64,000 bases of DNA from Oikopleura dioica. Its lineage: Eukaryota; Animalia; Chordata. Position numbers and translations under genes: made by a program. Every line of letters starts with the position of its first letter. Positions within the stretch are counted from its first letter, which is position 1. Below the pieces are notes generated by a model. It did no database searches. It saw only the letters and a list, made by a program, of their open reading frames with translations, and was not told where the DNA came from. The DNA is taken from the NCBI GenBank assembly GCA_907165135.1, contig OU015569.1, forward strand, positions 6,200,001-6,264,000, read 5' to 3'. Of this stretch, positions 27,261 to 40,000 are shown one piece after another.

Positions 27261-28621
27261 TTAAAACATCCCGGGTTGCTGATATTGTGCAAGTCTTGCT
27301 TGCGGCCCAAGTTTCGGTTGCCACCAGTAGTAAGTGTGTAAGCTGTGGCTCAGTTGTGCTGGACGGAAAGCGCCGTCTTCACTCCACGATTGATCTGCCC
27401 GGCAATCAGTGTTCTCTAAATCCATTCTATATAAAAAGTTTTGAAGATCGTATGCTACCTTCTGTGAGGATTCCTTCTTTTTGGAGTCTCGTAATAGCCT
27501 GAGAGGACTTCTTCTCGAAGATATTTCCCCAGAGCATTGTACATTTGATTGACTCACATTTTTCAAACGCGCTGAGGAGAGCGACGAGTCCCTCATCTTA
27601 AAATTAGATTTGAATGAAATCAAGGAGGAGACTTTTTACCTCCGATATTGCAATTAGTGAGGCCTAATGTATGGAGAGTGCACTCGGGCTGTTGAAGATT
27701 CCTAAAATTTGAATAAGATAATTTGGCTTCGATAGTGGATTTACTTTGCCAGAGTGACGCCTCCTTCTGACTGAATATTGTTGTGTGATAGATCAATCGT
27801 GTCGAGCGTTTTGATACAGGGAGCTACGATTTTCGCTGCATCTCGAGAGAGTTTATTCGCAGCAACATCTAAGTACTTCATATTTGGTGATTTGGTCACT
27901 CCCTCGATCACGCGTGTCAGACCATAATCTCGGAGACCAACTCTTCTGAGGTGCAGTCGCTCGAGTTTCGGACGCTGCTGGAGAGCGTATTCGATGTGCT
28001 CACAAATGTATTGTTCGGGAGTGAACTGCTCGGATCCAGAAATGTCCAACTTTTTAATCTGACAGTTTTCGGAGACGATGTGTTTGAATATCGAAATGAG
28101 CCCTTTAGAAGTTAATCCACAATCAGCCATTTCCAGAATTTTCAAAGGACAAAAAGCCAACTCTTCTCCAATACGAATTCCGATCTCCTGATCGATATGG
28201 TTTCCCGAAAGAATAAGAATGCGAACGTTCGAGGAAGATATAGCATTCAAAAGGTCAGGTACAGCTTCACCGCTGATGTTGCAGCCAAGTACGTCGATGG
28301 TTAAGAGACTTTTCAACAACGGAAGTTGCTGCGCGATTAATTGGAGAGTTTTATCAGTTATGTGGTGGTATCGAAGAACGATAGAGCTCAGGGATGACAG
28401 ACGGTCAGACAAGGAGTTGAAAAGCCATTCGAATTGCTGATCATCGAGCTGGACGATATTCTTATCCAAGACTGAAATCGAATTGAAACTAACGTTTTGT
28501 TGGTGCATACTATACCTAAATCTACCCCGTATTGATCAAATGCGTCTTCAGATAGAAAATCCTGAAGGCCTTTGTTAGCCTCATCCCCAGCGAGTTCAGC
28601 GTATTTTTTCGCTATGCTCAT
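27261..28621 (-). CDS. LRRC34: Leucine-rich repeat protein, LRRC34-like (RNI-type LRRs)
   Basis: RNI-like repeats (LILSGNHI, LEMADCGL, LDISGSE, LDVAANKL, IDLSHNNI, LGLTNCNIG). The C-terminus LWGNIF...ENTDCR...DGAFRPAQLSHSLHTYYWW resembles the LRRC34 tail. Confidence 0.78.
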
Positions 28622-28662
28622 TCTTAAATTAAAGATTCCGAATAAAGATTCAGTTTTCTAGT

Positions 28663-31621
28663 TCAGCTTAGAATTTGTATTTTGTCAGAAACAGGACCTC
28701 TACAGATAGGACAGTTTTCGAGAGGCACAGCACAGTTATTACAGGTACAGACATGGCCACACGGAAGAAAGCAGATTTGAGCGCACGATTCCATGCAAAT
28801 ACAACACTCATTTTCTGCTCTGAAGACTTGTTGGTCCGCTGGAAGTGAAGTTGAAGATTGAATTGAAGCAGGTGGGGCAGAGGCGTTTTCGGCTTGTTCG
28901 ATCGCTGGAGTGTCGAGAACCTTTGGTGCCGATGCGTTCTCATCTTCGCCGTCGTCGAGAAGAACTTGCTCGAGAATGCGAAGACGATCGCCGAGACGAT
29001 ACACACCAATACGCTCAAGATCTTTGTGAGTCAGCTTCTTTAACTGCCCGAAAGAAATATTGTGGGCTCCAAAGCACTCTTTAATTCATTTTAGCTCGTG
29101 AAATCGAAAGAATAAGGAACCTAAAGAGTCAATGGCTCCGGCGCGTTGAATTATTCTCAGAACTCGTCGATCCATAGATGCTTCCATTCGTTGTAAAGCG
29201 ATAGGCTTTGATTGCATCAGAGTTTCAAACTGACGAACCCAAAACATGGCTTCATTTTGTTGACGAGACTTCTCTATTTGATCCAAATATTCACGAGCCT
29301 GCTCTTGTCGGACTTTTTCGTCTTTGAGAAATTTACCCAAAAGAGAAGACATCTCCATTCGTCGTTCTTCGAGTAAAAGCCTATATTATCGATTATTAAT
29401 TAAAATGCGCGAGGATAATTATAATTTGATTAAAAAAGATAAAGTAAATTACATCATCTCTTTATTTTCGACACTCTGACGATCGACCTCCATTACTGTG
29501 ATTTTTTCCAGTTCCAGTTTGACCATTTCTGCGTTTCTACGAATATCACGCAGCTCCATGTCATTTTGTTCGATTGCTCTTTGACAGGCTAATTTCTGGA
29601 AGTATTCCCGCTCTTCGAGATTTTGACGAGAGCATTTCTCGTTGTCCACGGAATCCATCAACGCGAATCGTTTCTGTTTCATGCTTTCTTCCTCTTCAGC
29701 AAACGCTTTCAGTCGTTTTCTATCTTCAAGGTCTTTGTTCTCTAAAAGAGAAAGGAAGAATAACTCAAGGATATTCTCGCTTACGATGATAATTCATCAT
29801 CCTTGCAAAGTCCTCTTCATTTTGAAGGAACTGCATCATCTGGCGTTGAGCGAATTCGACGTTGACTTTGCTTTCTTGTTCTTGCGTCAGCTTGAAATGC
29901 TCTGCATCCTCGGCTTCTCGTTTCTTTAGAAGGTCGATGAAATCGACTCTCTTCTTGCGCTCGGTCTCTTCGCTCAGCAGGCGGAAAGAAAGCGACTTAC
30001 ACTCGTCCTCGAATTCAAGAAGCTTTCGCTTCCACTGAGCTTTGTTTTCTTCTACAAATGGGGGTAATGATCACCAGTTGCTTACACGAAACTTTTGACG
30101 AAAAGTTTACGAGAAAGAGAGAACATAAAAAATCTAACACAACATATTTGATACCCTCAGCTTCGATCAGAGCAAGCCTCATCGTCTTGTCTTCGAGTTC
30201 TTCATTTTCAGCTCTGTCACGTGCCGCAAGTTCCTTCACGTAGTTCGCCTGTGCCTGTTCTTTCGCCAGAATCACACGCTGCTTTTCTTCTTCCTGGCGC
30301 TTGAAAATTCGTAGTTTCTCATCATTTTCGTCGATTTGTGTTCTCAGCAGAGTGTCGGGGGCATCTCCGTCGCTCGAGGAAGCTAAATCGGAAATTCCAG
30401 GGACTGGGGAAGTATTTTCTTCGACAATGGAAGCGATAGTTGACTTGTATTCCTCGGTAAGTTGGATAGCAGTTGAAGATATATTCAGGTGAAGAAGACT
30501 GGGTGGCTAAACACCAATATATTTTTGTGGAATTCAAAAGCGAGTAGTATTGTTTAAATAATTCTAGAGACATTTCAATAAATTCTTACTTTTGGAAGAT
30601 AAAATAGCTTCGAATTGAATGAAACGTCCAATTTTCTTAAACTCTCCATCTTTGAAAGCTCTTTCGGAAGATTGCATAAATCATTGTGAGACACATTCAG
30701 ATCGACAAGGTTTCCCAGTGCGAAAATGATTGGCGAGAGAAAGGTCAATCTGTTGAAGGATGAATCCAAGCGCTTGAGCTTGAGCGATTTGAGTAAATCT
30801 TCATTTGAGTCGAGTTTCAAATCGAGAAGGTGATTGTGGCTGATATCTAGCTCATTTTTTTGGTGAAGGCTCATTATTTTAAAGAGGTCTTCGGGAGGTA
30901 CTTGAAGTTCGCAGTACTATAAGATGGGCTTTAACACAACACAAAATAAATAATTGAATTAAGAACATTGATGATCCATGAAGGCCCTGTCCTGTAGCTC
31001 GAGCAAAGAACCCATCAGCGCTTTGTACTTGGTAAGTTTTTCTTTGACCTTTGCTTCGTTTCCAGGTGGATAACGTACTTTAGCGTCCGTGTCGATCCAC
31101 AAAGGGCATTCCCGACGAAAGACATCCTCCGGGATTTTCGTTATGTTCGTGCCTCGAATACGAAGGATTCGCAACTGCGGCAGGGCAAGGCACTGTTCAA
31201 GCTTATTGAAGTTCGTATTCCCCGAGAGGTCTAGCACTCGAAGGCTCTTCATCTTGGGAAAACCAGCTGGAAGCTCTTTAAAGTTGTTGTTCGCGAGTCG
31301 CAGCTCGATAAGCTCGTCCAAGTTCTCCATTTTGCCTTCGAGCGTCTTGAGTCTGTTGCAGGACAAGTCGAGCGTGGTTTTCTGAAGATTCTTGCAGCGA
31401 GAGAGAAGGCCAACTGGAGTCTTGACCAAATCGCAGGCCGAAAGATCGAATATTGGATATGGCGAGTTAGTCGCCGTGAAGAACATTCGCGTTTCGCGCT
31501 CTTCAATTTCCATTAAACAAAGTGATCATCGAATAAGATAAATTGAAGAAAGGATATTCTAGGAGGAGATACGCACCTTTTCCTTCTTTGGATTGAGCTT
31601 TTTGTCTCTTGAAAATACCCA
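28663..31621 (-). CDS. LRSAM1: E3 ligase LRSAM1/TAL (LRR, coiled coil, SAM-like, RING)
   Basis: MGIFKRQKAQSKEEK|RETRMFF...IFDLSACDL...CKNLQKTTLDLSCNRL parallels the LRSAM1 N-terminus; long coiled-coil exons; C-terminal RING CCICMESCAQICFLPCGHVCTCNNCAVPLENCPICR. Confidence 0.85.
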
Positions 31622-32019
31622 TCTTTGAAATTTTCCACTAGCTCAGTTCTAGTTGGACAACGTCGTATGGAGAGTTCTAGTGATTCAAGCGCCCTCTTGA
31701 CATAATGATCGTAAAATACGACGAACAATACGCGGATTGTTATTCACTGGGGATCACTCATGGCCTTGTGAATGCGTCTGGAGACCATTGTCGATTGTCA
31801 TTGCTAAAATTTTATTTCAAAACTTTCGCTCGTCGAGCCAGACTAGTAAAAAGACGAAAGACTTGCTTATTTTTAGCGGCAACAAAGAATAATTTGATCA
31901 ATGACAAAATAATTTTATTGGATAAATATATTGATTGTGACTATGTCTTTAGAGTCTAAATTTTAGACGAAATGTCTCTTGGTGGAATTTAACAGTGGTA
32001 AGGGCGGAGCAAATTGAAT

Positions 32020-32116
32020 TGGGTCTGGTTTGGCGCGGCGCGGAGGAGCGCTGCGGCGTGAGAAAAGCTGCGCCCGCGCGCACTGCTGCGCTGATGAGTA
32101 TTTGGACTTGATTGGG
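32020..32116. promoter_or_regulatory. GC-rich bidirectional promoter between LRSAM1 and QARS
   Basis: GGGCGG GC box, CG-rich tract and CTTGATTGG (CCAAT box) in an AT-rich background between divergent starts at 31621 and 32434. Confidence 0.55.
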
Positions 32117-32433
32117 AGAGAATCGGAATCAGAATGAACTCGATCAGAGTTGCGCAGAACTTTGTCCGCGTGAGAACGAAAAGTATTTTGCGCCCAGTGG
32201 CAGTTCAGATAAAGGTTATTCTTTTTGAATAAGCTACTATTCTCGACTGTTGAGAATTTTCATCAGATTTATCGATGACGCTACAAAAGATACCTTAAAT
32301 TAAAATTCTTAATTAAAATTTATCATTCATCAAAAACTGAAAAGAGAAAAAAAACTGCAAATTACGAACTTCTTGAGTTATTAATGTTTTTGTTTCGTTG
32401 TTGAAAACATTTTCTGACTGATGCAACTTTTAG

Positions 32434-35022
32434 ATGGAGGAACTGTTCCTACGAGCGGGATTGCCGGCCGACAAGGTTAAACAAACTTTAAAGAATGAGA
32501 GTCTGGCTCAGCAGCTGGCCGACTCTCTCAACGGTCTTGGCACTGACATCACGAAGGAGAATGGCACGCAGGTAGACCGCTCGTTTTAACTAAACCGATG
32601 CTAGTTCAATTCATTAGGTTTATACGCTCGTGACGAAATCGAAGAAGAAAGACCATATCGCTTCTATTCTGCCTTACATCGCCAAGAACCAACTGGACAC
32701 GCCAGCAAAATTGGATGCGGCGATTCTCTACGCTGCGAATGCTGAGTTTGTTTCCGCCAACTTTGAGAAAGAATGCGGCGTCGGCGTTGTTATTTCGGGC
32801 GAGGACATTGAAAAAGCGCTCAGAACCGTCATTGAAGAAAATAAAGAACAACTCGTTAAACAAAGATACAAGTTCAATGTGGGGATTCTTCTTGGAAAGG
32901 CACGAATCCTCGTTCCCTTCGCTGATGGCAAGAAACTTAAAGGAGAGTTGGACGCACAAATTCTCGAGCTCCTGGGCCCCAAAACTGAGGCTGACCTGGC
33001 CAAGCCAACAAAGACAAAAGCCAAGAAAGCGCCCAAAGAAGCGAAGGATTCCGCGCCAAAGGAGACGAAAGCGATCGAGTCCTTCCAAAATGTAATCAAA
33101 GGTGCTGCCTCGCAGTTCCACAAAGTCGGTGAAAACTACAAAACAGATCGATACGTCATGACACCCAATACAATGAAGCATATGGAGAATCACCTGAAAG
33201 TTACTGGAGGACAAGTTCGCACACGATTTCCTCCTGAACCGAACGGAATTCTTCATATTGGCCATGCGAAGGCAATTAACTTCAACTTTGGCTACGCGAA
33301 AGCAATGGATGGCGTTTGCTATTTGCGATACGACGATACCAATCCTGAAAAAGAAGAAGAGAAGTTTTTCACTGCGATTAAAGATATGGTTGAATGGCTT
33401 GGATACACTCCATGGAAAGTTACCCACGCTTCTGATAACTTCCAGGAACTTTACGAACTTGCTATCAAGCTAATCAAGGAAGATCTTGCCTATATCTGCC
33501 ACATGACTGCTGATGAGCTCAAAGGAATCGGTAAGCTTCACGATCGTTTTCAAATGCCCATGAAATGTTAAGACTCTCCGCATTCTCCATGGAGAAATAG
33601 ACCTATCGAAGAGTCGCTGGCTCTCTTCCGAGATATGAAAAACGGAAAGATTGAAGAAGGAAAGGCTACTCTGCGAATGAAGCACGTGATGGAGGATGGA
33701 AAGAAAGATCCCGTCGCTTACAGAGTGAAATTTACGCCCCATCATCGAACTGGCGAGGAGTGGTGCATCTATCCAACTTATGACTTTACTCACTGCTTGT
33801 GTGACTCGATCGAGCACATCTCGCATTCGCTGTGCACGAAGGAGTTTCAAGCCCGACGTTCTTCCTACTTCTGGCTCTGCAACGCCGTCGATGTGTATTG
33901 CCCCGTTCAGTGGGAATACGGCCGACTCAATATCGACTATACAATTGTAACTTATGCGAGTTACACTTGGATGCTAACCCTTTTAGTGCTCTAAGCGAAA
34001 GATTCAAGCGCTCATCGACTCTGGTCTCGTACGGGATTGGGACGATCCTCGTCTCTTCACTCTTACCGCTCTTCGTCGAAGAGGTTTCCCGCCACAAGCG
34101 ATTAATAACTTCTGTGGACTTGTCGGAGTGACTGGCGCCGACTGTACTCTAGGTTAGTTTCCCAATTATGAATAAGCATTATTTATTTTAGAACCCGCTA
34201 TGTTGGAGCATTGTGTTCGCGATGAGCTCAACAGAACGGCGCTTAGAAGAATCGCCGTCATGGATCCATTGAAAATTAAAATCACCAATTTTGATAAGTT
34301 GAATATTGCCGCTACCTGCGAAGTTCAAAATGTTCCCAATGAAACGGCGATTGAGATGGGCATCAATTTGACACGACATCTCAACATTAGCGACACTATT
34401 TATATTGGTATGTCTAGCAAAGTATTAGACAATGTTGATAATTTTTTTTACTCAGAACGGGACGATTTTGCGGAAGTTCCACCTAAGGGTTTCCGTCGTC
34501 TAACACCAGGTCAATCTGTTGGACTCAAGTACGGCGAGCTTGTCATTTCTGTTGCAAAAGTTATCAAAAACAAAAATGGTGAAGTTGAATGCGTGGAAGT
34601 CACTGCGCAGAAGTCGACGGAAGCCGAGAAGGTAGTTCATTAAATTTTCGATCGATCTTATTGTTTAAAATTCAGCCAAAAGCGTTTATCCATTGGCTGG
34701 ATGTCAAGCGATCACATGATGCTGAAGCTCGTCTGTACTCGCAGCTATTCAAGGAAAAGGATCCAACCAGTGTCCCAGGGGGATATCTCGCTGCTGCCAA
34801 TAAGTCATCGTTAGAAGTGAAGAAAATAAAGGTTTATTTGAAACCAGTATTCATTTCTCACACAAATCGTAGGTCGAGTCGTGTTTGACTGGAAAGCAAT
34901 TGAAAGTATTCGATAAATTCCAATTCGAAAGAGTTGGCTATTTCTGTTACGATAAGGATTCTACGGCGAAGCTTCCAGTTTACAATTTGACTATTGGATT
35001 GAAGGAGGACAAGGGAAAATAG
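32434..35022 (+). CDS. QARS1: Glutaminyl-tRNA synthetase
   Basis: TTTAG|ATG start [24 protein letters not shown]; [29 protein letters not shown]; [12 protein letters not shown]; [29 protein letters not shown]; VQWEYGRLN; [16 protein letters not shown]; FQFERVGYF. Confidence 0.97.
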
Positions 35023-35100
35023 GCTAATTGAACACTGTATTTTGACATGTCGCCAAAAGCAAATGTTAACGGGATTAAGAAATGTATTTTCGATTTTAGT

Positions 35101-36836
35101 ATGGGAGACTGGGGTGAATCTGAATACTACCAAAATAACGATTATGAAGACGACGGGGTGATTCCGGACTCGGGAATGAACAGGGAAGAAACAGAATGGG
35201 AACATTTTCTGAACAGATCGGGAAGAGAGATAATTCTCACTACAATAACGGTAAAATGATTCTTCTAGTAGCTTCAAATGATTTGAATCGAATCACTAGA
35301 TATTCTTTTTTAGCTTAAAGATGGTGAGGCCCTTGTTGAACGTCTCAAAAAAATTGACTCGTATCAGTTCAATTACTTCAAAAGCCTGTTGCGTATTTGC
35401 CGCGAGCGTCTGGAGAACATGGAGTATTGTAGGGAAAATTTCTATGATTCCGAAGAAAATTTCGAAAACTACGACGGTTAGACATTGTTCTATTTATAAT
35501 GAATTAATATCAAATTCTAGTCTATACAAGCGACGAAGAAGCGAGCGAAGAGGAGGAACTCGAAGATGAAGAATTTAAAGATCCTCGAAAGTTTTCGAAC
35601 TTAGAGAAAGTGAACCTGCAAATTTCCGTTTATCAGAATAGCATGGACTTTTCGAAATGCAAGGATCGTTTTCGGAACAATGGCGACCGTACGGAGATCC
35701 ACAGATCCTACAAGACGAACCCTGCTTTGAAGAACCGATCGGGATGGCAGTGGCTTAAATTTGAAGTTCGCAAGACGAAAAATCAGTATATTGACGGTCC
35801 TGATGAGTGGATGGAAGGGCCGAAAAGCCTCAATATTGTGTCTATCATTCCTATCGTCCATGTCTCATACACGAAGCATAGATCGCCGTTGCTTCATGGC
35901 TTTCTTTATATGTACAACAATCGCTCCAGTAAATACAATTTGAACATACCGTTCTTCCACTCGCAACATATAATCAGAATGCTTGAGTGCGAGCTATACG
36001 ATGGTTTTGTCGACTTCAAAGAAGGTATCGATAAAGATGAATGCTCTTCTTCCCAAAACTCGCTCAACATCGACTTTTGCGTTCAAAAGAGGATCATCGA
36101 TAAAAGTCTACCAATCGTTTTTATGAAGGAAATAGAAAGAGTCGGCGATAAACTAGCAAAATTGATGCGCCAAATGCGTGAGATTATAGCTACCGCTGAA
36201 CGCCCGGCGGAGGCTCCAGTTAAAACTGAGGCAGAAATCGCAAGAGAAGAAGCCGAGCGAATCATGCGAAAAAATCGAGAAGACGCAGAAGAGGCCGCAG
36301 CACGACGAGTAGCTGAGCAAACGCTGGTTAAAATGGAGGCAGATGCTAATATTCGAGCTGAGCAAACGGGTGAACAGGGTAGAGCTCAAGACAAAAGAAG
36401 ACGGGACCCTCGTTGCGCTGCAGCATTCATCACGACCTATGAAGATGAAATCGATTCCAGCCATCTTCCACGGCATCTCCCTCCAGAACTTACTCAGCAA
36501 TATTCTACTGGGTCAAGTACTGCTGGCCGCTCTGAATATAGTGCTGCCACAAACATTCCTTCAGACTGGACACCTCAGTTAGCCGCACAATATCAATGGG
36601 ACGCATCTGCTCGTCCGGCTCGCCCTGTATGGGCTTCTGATCAAGAACAGAAGCAGCATGATCGCACTGATCATAAATCTGCTGATGTTAAAACTGAAAA
36701 TGATGGATCAGAAGCTAAGGAAAATCCACGAAAAAGACGACTTGAAGATTCAGCTGATCCTTTGCGAAAAATGACACCAAGTGAACGAGTTCAATTCTAC
36801 AAAGACCTTTTAGCGCAGAAAAGTGGCAGGAAATAA
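35101..36836 (+). CDS. Hypothetical protein of about 540 aa, 78 nt downstream of QARS
   Basis: TTTAG-t-ATG start (MGDWGESEYY), two short in-frame GT-AG introns, then a ~1.3-kb terminal exon: acidic stretch, globular-looking region, coiled coil, low-complexity basic tail. No family recognised. Confidence 0.75.
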
Positions 36837-37077
36837 AAAAAATATTTTTCGAGACCAAAAAATCACTAGCCATTTTCCGAATCTTTAACTTCAATCATTC
36901 CGCTCGATATAACATCATTTAACTGTATTATTCGAAGGGTCGAAGTTATTATTTTGAGTCTGAATCCGTACAACAGTTCTTTTCTCAAACTGCCCCGGCA
37001 AACTGTATCTACTGCTCTCCTCTAAATCTTCTCGAATTTAATCAATAAAGACAAGAAAAGTTTAGATAAAAGATGCA

Positions 37078-40000
37078 ATGCGGTTGACTTTCTGTTTATT
37101 ATTTATTTCGTTCGCTTTCGCTGGAGATCTCAAGCTTTCTGGATGGGTCAGTTGCTCGAATTGGGCTTGCGACGAGGCTATTCAAGAAGGTGTAGCAAGA
37201 CTTAACTTCATTGGGCTAAAGTCTGACGATGACGTCGACTGGCTCAAAGTTCAGTCTGGTGATACTATCGTCGTAACTGGCAAAGATGCTGGGACACTGA
37301 AAGGTGTTCCTCTTCTTCATGGACATATAAAAGGCAAAGAAGAGGACAAAGGAAGTGGCCTTTTCCCTTCGTCAGTTCTACGCGTTCTTCGGGACAAGCT
37401 TCGCCCATTGAATTCTCGTCGCTACTTCGAAGATATTCAAAATGAAAAACGTGGGATAGATACTCAAACCGAGTCCGACGATTCAAAAGCAGAAGCTAGC
37501 ACGCCACCTCCGACAACAAAAGCGCCTCCGATCGCGACCGAAGCCCCACGAGTGGATTTCAAGCTGGTTCCTCTGCAGAAAACATCCCAAATTTGGACGT
37601 GGATCGATAGCATGTTGGACGAAAGATTTGTTGACCGACTTTTACTGACGCTCAAGGATGAGCAATCTGCTCTGCTTTTGCTAGTATCATCAAGAATGGC
37701 AACACAAAAGAGTCAAGATAAACCAGAACTTCAGAGATTCCATCAGCTTGCGAAAGAAGTATCTGCGGCCGTTGAATCAGCTCACGGGATCGGCAAACGC
37801 AGAGAAAGTAGGACGCCGCCAACGCTCTCAGAACTTTCAGAACTCGCTCACAGAGTCAGTCAACTCCTCCTCGATCCATACGCCGCTACTATGTATCAAA
37901 ACTCAAAGGGCTTCGCCCCACCCAAGCTTCAAGAAGTTCGAGTCAAGTACGGTATCGCAACAGATGAAGAAGTCAACAACGTTGAAAACACTGAAAAAGT
38001 TGAAGAAAAGGAAATTCCTGATAATCGAAGTGAAGAAGCAAAGCCTGTTGAAGAAGCGACGCCTGAAGACAATTCTAACTTATCTGAAAAGTTGAATGAT
38101 ACGGACTTCATAGAGGAAAATCCCGAAGAAATTCGAATCGATTCAGAGCAGATCCAAGACTTAGACCCTATTAATGAGCCGAATGAAGTTACCCAAGATT
38201 ACCACGAAGAAGTTGTCGAGGATGTTACAGACAAGTCGCAGCCGTCACAGGATCAAGTGGAACCCGAAGACTTGGCTATCGAGCAAGACGAACAAAATGA
38301 TGCTCCGGTTGTCGAAGAAAATGAACCCGCCGCAGAAGAAACATTTGAAGACGTGGCTAAGGACGACTCTCATGTAGAAAATATTGATGAGCCTGTTGCC
38401 CAGCTTCAAGAAGCAGAGCCAACTATCGAGGACCCTGAAGGGAAACCCGAACAAAGTGAGGAGCCGCAAGTAGATGAGGCCGCTATCGATGATCCTGTCA
38501 TTGAAACCTTCGTAGATGAAGAAGTAGAGGATTCTGTGACTGAAGATGAAATCGATTTGTCCCTGCCAGAAGCTATTGGAAATGAACTTGTCGGCGAAGT
38601 ACCAGCACAGACAGGACCTCCTGAGGGTGTCGATCAGGAGGCCGAAGATCAAGAAGAAGTGATTAACCAGACTGACGAAGCTCATTTAAATGAAGATGAA
38701 GGCGGCGAAGTTGCGGAGGAAGTTGTTCCAGAAGATATTATTCACGAAGAGGAACTAATCGATGAGGTTGCTAAAAAAGTTCAAGAGCAGATCCAAGAGG
38801 GAGTTCAAGAGCAGATCCAAGAGGGAGTTCAAGAAAATACTTTGGCTGAAATTGCAGAACCTGTCGAAACAGCGACTGAAAATGAAATAGACCCGATCGT
38901 TGAGGAAGAACCTCTTCCTACCGATGTTCCTATTCTCGAAGTTGATAAAACAACTAACCAAAAGATAGAATCAGACACAGAGTTTCAAAATGATGACCTG
39001 CCTCTTGCCGTTCCTCCACTTGATTCTAATGATCCGGAGCTCACCGAAGACGGCGTTTTGGAGGGCGATATCCAGCCTGATGCTTCAGAAAAAGTTGAGG
39101 AAGCTGTTTTGGTGGAAGAAGAAAGCCAAGAAAAACTGGAGTCCGAGGAAGACTTGTTCATTGAATCTGAACCAACGATTCCAACTGAGCCTGAAGTTTT
39201 CACGGATTCCCCAGACAATGAGCCAGAAATGATTATTGATCCTGTAGAAATCATCCCTGAAGACATTCCTTTGACTGACCAAGATAATCAAGATGCTGTA
39301 AATGTCCCAGAATCTCAGGAAGAGGAGCTGGTGAAGATGCAGGATTTTGATGAAGAAGGTATGATGTAATTTAATGTGCAAACTTTGAACATTAAAGCAT
39401 GTCACATGTGCACAAAAATCTCTAGAGCAATAAATATTATTAAGTATTGAGTTTAAATTCGATTAGTTTAAAATGCGATCTATATTTTTTTGGATTCTTT
39501 ATTTAACCCTACTTTATGCGCCAGAAATTTATGAAACTATAGGATCGACAGAGCTCCACCTTGCTGATGTGCCTGAGTCCCTTGATGTTGGTGTTATCAC
39601 TCCAGAATCAGATAGTTTTAAGATAGACCCTGAAGGTAATGGCCGCTACTAAGAGCTCCTTATCCCAAATTGATAATCTAGTTCAAGTAGATGAGTCACT
39701 CGAAGCAATCGAAGATCCGCCTCATGAGGAGGACACGCCTGAACCAACCATCGAGAGCACAACTCCCTATTCCCGCGAAACGAATCCTTACCGGGAACGT
39801 GAACTGCTCAAAATGCTGGAATCGAAGCCGCTTTTATTCAAAATCACGAGTTGGATAAATGTCATGGGAGAGGAGACATTCAGCGAGTTCTGGCTCATCT
39901 ACGTGCTTCTTTCGATTTTTACCTTCTCATTCATTCGTCATTTGGCGACCATTTGCAGCGATGGAGGAATCTGTAAGTTCTGATAATTATAAATAATGCA

